A program made the position numbers and the translations under genes. A stretch of 63,667 nucleotides of DNA, counting the filler, from Bacteroidales bacterium (GTDB lineage: Bacteria; Bacteroidota; Bacteroidia; Bacteroidales; CAIWKO01), in NCBI GenBank assembly GCA_035389045.1. It is 7 parts of 5 records of this genome, joined end to end, with 100 filler letters (N's around TTAATTAATTAA, not from the genome) between each part and the next. Parts side by side here need not be neighbours in the genome. Positions count along the whole stretch, not along the records: positions 26,107 to 41,062 come from DAOORA010000002.1; 6 more parts are not named here. One strand, written 5' to 3'. Under the pieces are notes generated by a model. It ran no database searches. It had not been told where the DNA came from and saw only the letters and a list, made by a program, of their open reading frames with translations. Positions 29,489 to 39,544 of the stretch are shown one piece after another (positions within the stretch are counted from its first letter, which is position 1; each line of letters starts with the position of its first letter).

Positions 29489-30940
29489 ATGTTCAAAATA
29501 TATTCAAAAGTCATTTTCATTTTTTTATGTTGTTTTTTTCTTTTATGGTCTTGCGACTACAGGCAAAGAGGGAAAAAACACGATTCCTCCGGGATTGATT
29601 CGGTACCGGCACACAAAAAAGACACAACGGCTAATCCTGTGGCGCCTATTACTGTAAATATCTTTATTGAAAACTCGGGCAGTATGGATGGTTATATTAC
29701 AGGTACGACCTATTATAAAGATGCCCTGACCGATTTGCTGGTTCAATTAAAATTTTTTTATCACGAAGAAAATATAAAAATTAATTTTATTTGCGATGAC
29801 ATTTTTCCTGCCAATAATGAGTTTACATCGCAATTTGTAAGAAATTTATCTAAAAACACTCCCGAATGGAAACAGCATAAGTCATCAGGTTCAACAAACC
29901 TGAATGAAATTATTAAAAAAATATTGAATAATACTCACACTAACAACATTTCAATTCTGATTTCAGATTGTATTTATTCAATCAGTGGAAACTATACTGA
30001 AGGCCTTCTATCTCAAGAAAAAAGTCTGACAAAAGACGCCTACCTGACCAAATTCAGACAAATGGAACTGATAACAACAGTTATTCAACTCCAATCTGAT
30101 TTCACGGGAAAATACTGGGATAAAAACAACAGGCCAACATTTATCCCTAATAAACCAAGACCATACTATCTGTGGATTATAGGCGATCATAAAAGCATGG
30201 ATGATTTAAATTCCAAAATTAAATTTGATAAAATTAAAGGGTTCAAAAATAGTTTAACTATGGTAAAAACGGATACTGCCCTGAGTCCGTACCATACCAT
30301 TTTAAAATGCAGTTATACCAAAGGAAGATTTCGCCCCATCCGCTCCCGCTCATGTAAAGAATACATACATGGTATTGAAAATATTGAATTACCAAAAAAC
30401 AGGAATGCCGGGCAGGTACATTTTCAATTTGCAATGGCTGTAGATTTAAGCAGCGTGCCCGTTGATAGCGCTTATAAAAAAAATAAAAACAATTATATTG
30501 TTACTGGCAATTATGAAATTAAAGACATTGCCGAGTTAAAGAAAAAAGACCTTTGCCCCTACGACCGGAATATGATTGGCCCATCTTCGGCCACTCACCT
30601 TATTATATTTTCTGCCAAAACGGATGCATTGGACGACCTGACCCTGGCATTGAAAAACCGAATCCCGCAATGGGTTTACACTACGGATACCAATGATGAT
30701 ATAAATATTATGAATTGCCTTGACAAAACATTCGGATTCAAATATCTGATTGAAGGTGTTGATGAGGCTTATAAAATCATCTCCGGCAGTAATGATACTT
30801 ATTTTACAGTTAATATTTCTATTAAAAAAGCGGCCCAAAGCTCTGCAATAAAAACCATTTTTATTTTTATTGTACTTGCCCTTATTGCGGCTGCAATATT
30901 TATTTTGATTAAAAAATTAAAAGACAAGAAATATGAATGA
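29489..30940 (+). CDS. vWA-like lipoprotein with C-terminal TM anchor
   Basis: Lipobox FLLWS-C; IFIENSGSMDG (MIDAS-like); ILISDCIYS; C-terminal TIFIFIVLALIAAAIFILI-KKLK. Confidence 0.7.
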   Translation: MFKIYSKVIFIFLCCFFLLWSCDYRQRGKKHDSSGIDSVPAHKKDTTANPVAPITVNIFIENSGSMDGYITGTTYYKDALTDLLVQLKFFYHEENIKINFICDDIFPANNEFTSQFVRNLSKNTPEWKQHKSSGSTNLNEIIKKILNNTHTNNISILISDCIYSISGNYTEGLLSQEKSLTKDAYLTKFRQMELITTVIQLQSDFTGKYWDKNNRPTFIPNKPRPYYLWIIGDHKSMDDLNSKIKFDKIKGFKNSLTMVKTDTALSPYHTILKCSYTKGRFRPIRSRSCKEYIHGIENIELPKNRNAGQVHFQFAMAVDLSSVPVDSAYKKNKNNYIVTGNYEIKDIAELKKKDLCPYDRNMIGPSSATHLIIFSAKTDALDDLTLALKNRIPQWVYTTDTNDDINIMNCLDKTFGFKYLIEGVDEAYKIISGSNDTYFTVNISIKKAAQSSAIKTIFIFIVLALIAAAIFILIKKLKDKKYE

Positions 30941-31352
30941 TTTTTTTGGCCTTATCTATGAATTGGGCGGGTTGTTTTATATTGACAATTTTTCAGAGGA
31001 TCTGTTCGACAACAACCTTTATCTCCCGGTGGGATTAACTCTTTTTATATCTGGACTGGTGTTTATGGCAGCATATTACTACCTGGTGAACCATCCGCGT
31101 TTTAACCGATGGTATCACTGGCTATTTTATATTGCATTAGTTGGTATCATCAATTTTCTGGTGGCTTATTTTATTACAAAGAATAATTTAACGATTATTT
31201 ATGAAAATGAGGGAAACACCCTGCCTTATTACGGTCAGTTCTACACGTTTTCTTTAATAAATTTTATATACACATTACTTTGGTGTACTGTAGTTTCTTT
31301 CATAATCAGGTGGGGAAGCCGGAATTGCTCCACCACCCCGTTTCCAAATTAA
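30933..31352 (+). CDS. Three-TM membrane protein
   Basis: Three hydrophobic segments; overlaps the upstream gene by 8 nt; ends WGSRNCSTTPFPN. Confidence 0.8.
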   Translation: MNDFFGLIYELGGLFYIDNFSEDLFDNNLYLPVGLTLFISGLVFMAAYYYLVNHPRFNRWYHWLFYIALVGIINFLVAYFITKNNLTIIYENEGNTLPYYGQFYTFSLINFIYTLLWCTVVSFIIRWGSRNCSTTPFPN

Positions 31353-31364
31353 AAATATTTTACT

Positions 31365-32891
31365 ATGGCTAAATTATACATTTTTGCAATTGGCGGCACA
31401 GGCGCCCGCGTTGTCAAAGCCCTTACCTTCCTCCTCGCATCGGGTGTCGAAATTAATGCTGACGAAGTTGTACCCATACTTATTGATCCCGACAGTTCAA
31501 ACGGTGATCTGAGCAGGACGGTAGATGTCATGAATTTATATAACAATATAAGGGAAAAGATTAAACAAACGTTTACACTAAACACGCCTGAGAGAAAAGT
31601 AAACGGTTTTTTTGAAAAACCCATCAGAGATATTTTTCCGGGTTTCCCTTTCAAATACAGGTTGAATTTAACTCCTAGTGTTGGTTTGGCGGGAAATACA
31701 TTTGGAAATTATATTGATTATAACACAATTGGTGGAAATAATCGAAAGCTTGTTTCCCTTTTATTTTCCGGCAACCATACAATAACAAATAATAAAGGTT
31801 CGCTCGAAGATCAGGATCTTTTTAATTTAAACACTGCTGTTGGAGTAAAAGGAAACCCCCAGATAGGCAGTGTTATTTTGAATCAGTTTAATACACTTTC
31901 ATTTAATAATGATTTTGCTGCTTCTTTTACAAATAATGACCGAATCATGTTTGTCAGCTCTATTTTTGGAGGGACAGGCGCTGCCGGATTTCCATTGCTT
32001 TTAAAATACCTTAGGAATTTGAATAATCCTGCGATTGCCGGGGGTGTACCTAATAGTGCACTTATTGCCAGTTCAAAAATCGCGGCCATCACCGTATTAC
32101 CTTATTTTAACCTTAAGCAGGGTGAAATTGATGGCTCAACATTTATTCCCAAGACAAAAGCCGCTTTGGAATATTACAAAAATAATGTTGGACCAAGCCT
32201 TGAAACAGTTTATTATATTGGTCAAGGACAGGGATTGTATCAAAATAACCCTGGTGATAACCAACAGAGAAATGATGCGCACTTTATCGAATTGGCATCA
32301 GCTCTTTCTATTATTGATTTTATGAGTATTCCCAATATAAATTTTGTATTGGATGGTAACGACCAAAGGACAACAATTTATAAGGAATACGGGTTATCAG
32401 TAGACCTTTTAGACGGCCAGTCAATTACATTTAATGAACTGGGTGCTGTTACAAAAAGTTTGATTGAAAACCCCTTATGCCAATACAGATTATTCCTTTT
32501 TTACCTGCAAAAAATATTCGAGAAAATTAAAATCAGGCAGCCGTGGTGCCAAAGAGGAATCTTGATTGACGAAGATTTCAAAAATTCTGATTTCGTAAAT
32601 CACATTAAAAGTTTTAATAAAAACTTTAGTGATTGGTTTACAGAGATGGAAAAGAATAAGCCTGCATTTATGCCTTTTAATTCCGACGCCGGAGAAGAAA
32701 ATGTTTTTATGCTTATCAAATCAATTAAAGGAAATTCAGGATATAAAAGAAATTTTGCCTTATTTGACGATTATCTGAATGCTGCAGAGCGGCACACAAG
32801 CCGAATGCCACAGGAGCAAAAATTTATCAGCACCTTTTATCTGGCAACAAAAAAAATAACGGATAAATTATTGAAGACAAATAAAAATTAA
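31365..32891 (+). CDS. Divergent tubulin/FtsZ-superfamily GTPase
   Basis: FAIGGTGARV (T1 loop), ILIDPD (T2), GVKGNPQIG (T3), SIFGGTGAAG (T4 signature), VLPYF (T5). Confidence 0.85.
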   Translation: MAKLYIFAIGGTGARVVKALTFLLASGVEINADEVVPILIDPDSSNGDLSRTVDVMNLYNNIREKIKQTFTLNTPERKVNGFFEKPIRDIFPGFPFKYRLNLTPSVGLAGNTFGNYIDYNTIGGNNRKLVSLLFSGNHTITNNKGSLEDQDLFNLNTAVGVKGNPQIGSVILNQFNTLSFNNDFAASFTNNDRIMFVSSIFGGTGAAGFPLLLKYLRNLNNPAIAGGVPNSALIASSKIAAITVLPYFNLKQGEIDGSTFIPKTKAALEYYKNNVGPSLETVYYIGQGQGLYQNNPGDNQQRNDAHFIELASALSIIDFMSIPNINFVLDGNDQRTTIYKEYGLSVDLLDGQSITFNELGAVTKSLIENPLCQYRLFLFYLQKIFEKIKIRQPWCQRGILIDEDFKNSDFVNHIKSFNKNFSDWFTEMEKNKPAFMPFNSDAGEENVFMLIKSIKGNSGYKRNFALFDDYLNAAERHTSRMPQEQKFISTFYLATKKITDKLLKTNKN

Positions 32892-32911
32892 TAAATAAAA
32901 CAATATTATTT

Positions 32912-35900
32912 ATGAAAGTATTCAGGTTACAAAACCCTGCAGGAATTTTAGCTAATTTGGATCACTGGAACGATTCTGCTAAATATGATACCGATGAAAT
33001 TAATAATATTCCAGATCCGGCTGGCATGATGGGCGCACCGCCCACATCTATTCCTACGCCATTTGCCCGCATGGATATGGCGCGTAATGCCTTCAATTTT
33101 GTTTGCCGGAATGGATTATCTGGACACACATTCTATCACCGTATTGTAAGTGATATATTGGATATTGCACAGATTATGTTTTCATATTCGGATTGGCAAA
33201 ATGATATAAGAATATACTCATGGAATAAAGTTAATGATATAAATGTTTTACAAGCATCCGGATCATTAGGGCACAATAAACTCGCTGAAACTTTAAATCT
33301 TTATCTCAACCAGGACGAGGACTCTTTTAATTTTAATTTGACTAATGAAATTCATATAATTGAGTTTAAAAATCAAATTATTGGAGGAACATCCCCATTG
33401 ACACTTTTTTTCAGCACTGCTGATAAATTTAATCAAAATGTTCAAATACAATTTCCTTGTGGGGACATTGCTTTTGATGGTAACACACTTTTTCCTCTTT
33501 ACCAAAGGGATGAGAATTTTCAAAAATTCATTTATGCCCTGCGTGTTTCAATGACTCCTATTACCAATATCCCGCCTAATGATCCTACCCCGTTTAATGG
33601 AATATTTCGTGACTTAGGTAATTACTTACAACAGAGCCTTAATGCATTACTCACTGTAAACCCAATAAACCCAATATTATATAATCAAATTATTAATTTT
33701 ACACAAAATGATTACGATAATATTAGATTTACTAGTATTCAGGGTGGATTATATATTATTAATAATTTACCATATAAACAATTCATTCGTGATGGGATAG
33801 TGGAAAGTGATTATGAAATTTCATCAAACAAAATAGCTGCACCCAAACCGTTGGTATTGATGAACGGCCATTTGGGCCGTAAAACCAACGGAAACAACAT
33901 GAAATATTTTGATGTAACAGATTATAATGCCTACCCACCGGTTGTTCCATACAACCCTGCTGATAATATTAACGGTCGCTATTTACCGGGATATCCAAAT
34001 ATACAATATCCCTGGCTCACTGTTAACGATTTTCTTGAACCTTACCTGATACGGCTTGTATTTCCTGTTAATGATCAGAAATTTTTTGCCGGAAACTTAG
34101 TTATCAATAATGGAAATAATAATTCCGGATACCTGTTGCCACTTAAAACAAAATTCTTTGAATATTTTAATACCGATGACCTGTTAAGCAACTTGCCCGG
34201 TACACCACAAATTGAAATGAGCCAGGGTGCAGCCGGATCGGTTAGGATTAGTTTAAGGATACCTGTCGTATGCGGCGAATTTATCAACCTTGAACGAACT
34301 TATTATGAACATGATGGAGGAAAATATGCACCGGCTGATCCCGATAACAATAGAGGAGTGGTATTTGAACATCAGTTCAGCATTACGCTTTTCCCATTTA
34401 TAAAAACGAACAATCCTAATATCAATGCATACTACCGTGTTCAACAGATTGACAGGAATGTTGATGGCAATTTAGCAAATTCATCCTATGATCTGGAATT
34501 TTTCAGCAACAGTAATAATAACCCAATTAGAATTGAAGGTGTTAAAACAAGAAGTCTAAAAGCTCCCCTTGGGCAAGATCCTGCCACTTCGAAATATTAC
34601 ATATTAAATCATGAGTTTGATTATATTAAGGTCAGCAATAGTGTTGATGCAGGGGTTACGGGTATCATCATTCCACTATGGAGACCATATATACCCGGTG
34701 TTAATCAATTTAGCTTTGCCGTTGATTTTGGCACCACAAATACTCATATTGAATACCAGGTAAATGGCGGGCCGACACAGCCTTTTGATATTACACCGAA
34801 TGATATTCAGATTGCAACATTATTCCATCCGGACACGACAACTGACTTTTATGGATCCGGAGCCAGTGCTTTAAGAATGCTTATTGATTTTGAATTTGTA
34901 CCTGAACAAATCGGGCATAGATACGACTACAAATTTCCACACAGGACAGTGATCGCAAATAATAGATCTTTGAATTTTATCATGAATAACTATGCACTTG
35001 CTGACTTTAATATTCCTTTCATTTATGAAAGAAAGCCGACCCAAGATGATGTGGTACCAAATTTAAAATGGGCAGTGCAAACGAATGAAAATGATAAAAG
35101 AATACACGCTTACCTGGAAGAAATAATCATGTTGATACGCAACAAGGTTTTGCTCAATAATGGAAATTTGGCAAATACACGCCTGTTCTGGTTTTATCCG
35201 TCGTCGATGACACCAGCCCGAATAAATACTTTAGATCAAGAATGGCAAAATCTTTTTCACGAGTATATTAATCCTGCAAGTAATCCAGAAAATGGAATAA
35301 TGGAGTCCTTAGCCCCATTTTATTATTTCAGGACTACAGGTATAGCGGTTGGAGGTGCCGCAACACCTGCGGTTACTATTGATATCGGCGGCGGTACTAC
35401 CGATGTGGTTGTTTTTCAAAAGGCTATCCCACAATTGTTGTCTTCATTCAGGTTTGCCGCCAACACTATATTTGGCGACGCATTTTATAATAATGCAGCG
35501 GCAAATAATGGCCTGGTTGTAAAGTACATGAATTATTATGTAACAAAACTTAATGCCAATCGTTTTTTTGATCCTGAAGCAGTGCTAAATTCAATTTATA
35601 ATGGAGGTAAAACGCAAGAATTAATGGCTTTTTTCTTTTCTCTTGAAAACAACCCTCAGACAAAAGAGAACGTAGACTTTTCTTTCAATCTGAAACTTTC
35701 AAATGAACCTCATTTAAAAATAGTGTTTTTGTATTTTTATTCAGCAATAATTTATCATATTGCCGAAATGATGAAAAGCAAGGGGATTGATTTGCCGCAG
35801 CATCTGATCTTCAGTGGTACCGGTTCGAAAATTTTAAAAATCATCACCCCAAACAATAATACGCTTGCTGATTTTTCGAAGATAATTTTCGAAAGAGTTT

Positions 35901-36361
35901 ATAATATTAATTACACCAGTTATCAATTATCCATTCTTACTGAGGACACCAAGCCCAAAGAGGTAACCTGCATAGGAGGCTTGACAAATCCAAATAATTT
36001 TGTCAACAACCCTGATAATCTTAAATATATTTATACCTGCCTTCAAAATAACCAACAACTCCAATATAATAAAATAACACCGCAAAATAAAAATGACCTT
36101 ATCGCATATATAATGAATTTCAATAATTTTTTTATTGGATTAAATAATCAATTAAACTTTCATAATCATTTTGGTGTTTCTCCTCAATCTTTTAACCTGA
36201 TGTGCAATAATTTGAATAAAAACTTAAATGATTACCTGGCTAATGCATTGAACTATTTTCAAAAAATTGATGCCGGCACTAATAATATTGAAGAATCATG
36301 GTTTTTTTATCCTCTGGTTGAAGTGGTGTATAGAATAACGACTGACTTATGTAGGCTATAA
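32912..36361 (+). CDS. Large protein with C-terminal actin/Hsp70/FtsA-fold ATPase domain
   Basis: Phosphate-1 AVDFGTTNT; WFYPSSM; connect MESLAP; phosphate-2 TIDIGGGTTD; adenosine IFSGTGSK; KPKEVTCIGG; uncharacterised ~600-aa N-terminal half. Confidence 0.85.
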   Translation: MKVFRLQNPAGILANLDHWNDSAKYDTDEINNIPDPAGMMGAPPTSIPTPFARMDMARNAFNFVCRNGLSGHTFYHRIVSDILDIAQIMFSYSDWQNDIRIYSWNKVNDINVLQASGSLGHNKLAETLNLYLNQDEDSFNFNLTNEIHIIEFKNQIIGGTSPLTLFFSTADKFNQNVQIQFPCGDIAFDGNTLFPLYQRDENFQKFIYALRVSMTPITNIPPNDPTPFNGIFRDLGNYLQQSLNALLTVNPINPILYNQIINFTQNDYDNIRFTSIQGGLYIINNLPYKQFIRDGIVESDYEISSNKIAAPKPLVLMNGHLGRKTNGNNMKYFDVTDYNAYPPVVPYNPADNINGRYLPGYPNIQYPWLTVNDFLEPYLIRLVFPVNDQKFFAGNLVINNGNNNSGYLLPLKTKFFEYFNTDDLLSNLPGTPQIEMSQGAAGSVRISLRIPVVCGEFINLERTYYEHDGGKYAPADPDNNRGVVFEHQFSITLFPFIKTNNPNINAYYRVQQIDRNVDGNLANSSYDLEFFSNSNNNPIRIEGVKTRSLKAPLGQDPATSKYYILNHEFDYIKVSNSVDAGVTGIIIPLWRPYIPGVNQFSFAVDFGTTNTHIEYQVNGGPTQPFDITPNDIQIATLFHPDTTTDFYGSGASALRMLIDFEFVPEQIGHRYDYKFPHRTVIANNRSLNFIMNNYALADFNIPFIYERKPTQDDVVPNLKWAVQTNENDKRIHAYLEEIIMLIRNKVLLNNGNLANTRLFWFYPSSMTPARINTLDQEWQNLFHEYINPASNPENGIMESLAPFYYFRTTGIAVGGAATPAVTIDIGGGTTDVVVFQKAIPQLLSSFRFAANTIFGDAFYNNAAANNGLVVKYMNYYVTKLNANRFFDPEAVLNSIYNGGKTQELMAFFFSLENNPQTKENVDFSFNLKLSNEPHLKIVFLYFYSAIIYHIAEMMKSKGIDLPQHLIFSGTGSKILKIITPNNNTLADFSKIIFERVYNINYTSYQLSILTEDTKPKEVTCIGGLTNPNNFVNNPDNLKYIYTCLQNNQQLQYNKITPQNKNDLIAYIMNFNNFFIGLNNQLNFHNHFGVSPQSFNLMCNNLNKNLNDYLANALNYFQKIDAGTNNIEESWFFYPLVEVVYRITTDLCRL

Positions 36362-36377
36362 TAAAAGATTAAGATAA

Positions 36378-37679
36378 ATGAAGCAAATAATAATAATAAT
36401 AGCATTTATTTTTCTGGCTTTTACCGGCTGCCTTAATGCCGGTGAAACGCAGGTTAACAGGGACACTTTTTATAGCGCCGTAGATTATGTAAACTGTAAA
36501 ATAGTTGGATTTTCTTTAAAAAATAAAACAGAGGCGCCCGAACTCATAAATAATTTTAATACGAACTGTAACTGTTCTGAAAGCCCGGATTTTGATAAAA
36601 TCCTTACATCAATTCCTCAAAGCCAGACAGCTACCATTGAATTGGCAAAGGAAATTGAAGCAATAAAATCATTAGAGTTCCGCGAAGCCATGGCTTCCGG
36701 GGAAGTTGCCGGCCTTCTTACATCAGATATTTTTAATAACAAAACAAAATATGCTAAGCTGTTTGCGTTCCGGAATAAATACAATAGCGAAAGTTTTAAC
36801 GAGCTTATAAATGAACTTAAGGCCGGTTTAAATACATTATTGTCATCGGATCAACCCGGCGGCATGTTCTACCCTGAAAATCCTTCAATGACAGTGGTTG
36901 AACATGCCAATGACAGCATCGTACAAAACCTCAGTTCCGAAATAAATACGCTGAATGAAAAGGTGGATGACCTTAAATCAAAAAATCGTTTTTTCATTTT
37001 TCGGATTGATGTGTTGACAATACTTTTAGCGGTATTGATCTCGGTGTTTTTTCATGCGTTTTTAATAAATTTAGCTGGCAGTGATCCAAATGTTGCAAAA
37101 ATAAAAAATCAACAAAAACATGATTTTGGACGGTTTTCAAAATTCTTTAGTTTTTTCTCTGCCCCCGAATCGGATTTACCGGATGAAAAAATGGAATTAA
37201 AAAAAACTTATGATAAAAACATAGAAGAATTAAAGGAAAACATCCGGCAATTAAATCAAAAAATACTGGAACTGGAAGCCAAAACAAAACAGACAACAGA
37301 CATGCCGTATCATGTGGATCCGATTAATAAAAAAGAGCAAAAGGAAACGCCTAAGGACGACAATGTTTTTTATCTCTCAGTCCCCAATCCCGACGGAAGT
37401 TTTAACCTCAGTTCGGTGACATTGGAATTTAAAAACGGGGCATCTATTTACCGGTTCACTAAAAAATCAGCCGGAAGAGCATCGTTTTGTATTGATGGAA
37501 GAAAGGGAGCTATGGACTTTGCTTTGCAATTTCCCACCTCTCATATTATTCCGGCCTGCGAACCACAGAATGCTCATTCCTTTAATTCAAGAATAGTAAC
37601 CATAGAAGAAGGTATTGCTGAATTGTCCGGCGACAAATGGAAAATCGTAAAAAAAGCAAAGATAAGATATGAAATTTGA
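36378..37679 (+). CDS. Exported/membrane protein with coiled coils and one internal TM helix
   Basis: Signal ending AFTG-C; coiled coil; TM IDVLTILLAVLISVFFHAFLI; second coiled coil; C-terminal beta domain ending GDKWKIVKKAKIRYEI. Confidence 0.75.
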   Translation: MKQIIIIIAFIFLAFTGCLNAGETQVNRDTFYSAVDYVNCKIVGFSLKNKTEAPELINNFNTNCNCSESPDFDKILTSIPQSQTATIELAKEIEAIKSLEFREAMASGEVAGLLTSDIFNNKTKYAKLFAFRNKYNSESFNELINELKAGLNTLLSSDQPGGMFYPENPSMTVVEHANDSIVQNLSSEINTLNEKVDDLKSKNRFFIFRIDVLTILLAVLISVFFHAFLINLAGSDPNVAKIKNQQKHDFGRFSKFFSFFSAPESDLPDEKMELKKTYDKNIEELKENIRQLNQKILELEAKTKQTTDMPYHVDPINKKEQKETPKDDNVFYLSVPNPDGSFNLSSVTLEFKNGASIYRFTKKSAGRASFCIDGRKGAMDFALQFPTSHIIPACEPQNAHSFNSRIVTIEEGIAELSGDKWKIVKKAKIRYEI

Positions 37680-39198
37680 GACTATTGAGATTTTAATTAC
37701 AGTTACGTTTGTTTTAATTCAGTTGCTGATATTTATACGAACATTGAAAAAGATCAGGATTTATAAAAACCTGATCCCGGACACATCTTCGTTAAAAGTA
37801 AGCAAAGCTTATTGTTCCGCTGAAAGAATTAAAAATAAATTACCTTCTGAGATTTATGAAAAAATACAGGGTGGTGAGTATGAAAATGATCCCGCATCAT
37901 GTGAGGATGCTGTTGAAATAATTTTTATAGAAAAAAGTGATACAAATGATTTATCGCAATATAAAATCATTGATCTGATAAACAATAATCTTATTGCCCA
38001 GAGTAAGCACGACCCGGATATCAATCAAATAAATGAGCTCGTTGAAAGGAATACCGAAGCAGCCGAAGATGATATAAATCTTACAATTTCCACGCCTATA
38101 TATATCGGTTTGATGGCAACAATTTTTGGCATAATTATCGGTTTGACTTTCATCTCAAGGGAAAAATTTATTGTCGGTCAGGGTATTAATACAATATTAG
38201 ATTCAGGCTTATCAATGCTGATAGGGGGAGTAAAAATTGCCATGATAGCCAGTTTCACCGGGCTTTTATTGACAACATTGAATTCAGGTATTTATTTTAA
38301 AAATGCCAAAAGAAAAGTTGAATTTAATAAAAACAGTTTTTTTGCATTTTTAAAGGCAAACATATATACTCTCATAAATAATGATGAAAATTCATTACAA
38401 AATAATCTGAATAATTTTAACAGAACGTTTTCCGAAAATATTAACAAATTTTCACACATATTTGATAACGTGAGTCAAATATTACAAAATCAGCAATCAA
38501 TAATTAAGTCCTTAAATACTGTCGAATTTTTAGATGTACAAAAAAACAGTATTGCTGTTTTGGAACAAGTGAACGCATCTGCAGAATCTTTTAAAGGTTT
38601 TAATGAATATTTAAGTAAATTAAACACATTTATCGAAAATTCAGAAAAAATTGTAGAAAGAACCAATAATATAGTTCATATAGCTGATACAATTAAAACT
38701 AATCTGGATACAAGCCGGGAGTTAATGGAATTTTTAACATCTCATCTGAAACAGTTAGAAAAACATGGGGATATGGCAGAAGCAGCTATTAATCAAAACA
38801 AACAGGAAATTGATAAGAAATTGGTGGATTTACAAAATCGGTTTGTAGATGTGTTTAGAGAATTGGAAAATTATATTAAGAATAAAAATCAAGCTATTCA
38901 GGACTTTGCAGTACAAGAAGAACAAAAATTAAGAGAGGCTCTTTCATCAAGCCATACTTACCTGGGTAATCTCACTTTCTTACCTGAATTGAAAGAAGGT
39001 GTTGAGAACTTTAAAAAAGATTTGCTTGAAAAAACAAATGGACAGTCTATAGAAATCAATAATAATTTGCAAAAGTTAAATGTTAACCTTGCAAACATTC
39101 TTTTACAGATGCAAAAAAACGGCACCGGCAATGAACTGTCTTTCCCGTTTAATATTTTAAAAAAAATAAGGAAGAATAGAATCAAAGATAAAAATTAA
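37669..39198 (+). CDS. ZorA-like MotA/TolQ/ExbB proton-channel protein with long coiled-coil tail
   Basis: TM1, ~110-aa loop, TM2 PIYIGLMATIFGIIIGL, TM3 GVKIAMIASFTGLLLT, then ~300 aa of heptad-rich tail. Confidence 0.75.
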   Translation: MKFETIEILITVTFVLIQLLIFIRTLKKIRIYKNLIPDTSSLKVSKAYCSAERIKNKLPSEIYEKIQGGEYENDPASCEDAVEIIFIEKSDTNDLSQYKIIDLINNNLIAQSKHDPDINQINELVERNTEAAEDDINLTISTPIYIGLMATIFGIIIGLTFISREKFIVGQGINTILDSGLSMLIGGVKIAMIASFTGLLLTTLNSGIYFKNAKRKVEFNKNSFFAFLKANIYTLINNDENSLQNNLNNFNRTFSENINKFSHIFDNVSQILQNQQSIIKSLNTVEFLDVQKNSIAVLEQVNASAESFKGFNEYLSKLNTFIENSEKIVERTNNIVHIADTIKTNLDTSRELMEFLTSHLKQLEKHGDMAEAAINQNKQEIDKKLVDLQNRFVDVFRELENYIKNKNQAIQDFAVQEEQKLREALSSSHTYLGNLTFLPELKEGVENFKKDLLEKTNGQSIEINNNLQKLNVNLANILLQMQKNGTGNELSFPFNILKKIRKNRIKDKN

Positions 39199-39544
39199 CC
39201 TATTTCATAAGTTTCCTCTGAAATTTATGATTGAATATTGGTTATTTGGAATACCATTATTATAAAACAAATAAGGTTAAAAAACATATTTTAGAAAAAA
39301 AACGCATCAAATGATTAATACTTAATTAAGATAATAGGCCAGACATAATAAAATTTGTTGTAGCAAATCAACCATGAAAAAATTTTTATGTATAAATAAA
39401 TGGCAATTGTAATCCCTGTAATGCTGAATATGTTTATACCGCTATTCCTAATTAATTGAATAATGTTTTAAAAAAAGAAAAACTTGTGTTATAAGTAAAA
39501 GTAAAAATAAAAAAATGAAGCAGACGAAAAAGTAAATAAATCAT

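Noticed and set aside
31365..36361. Canonical ftsZ/ftsA or dnaK
   Set aside because: No dcw or chaperone context, variant motifs, wrong sizes and no FtsZ C-terminal peptide.
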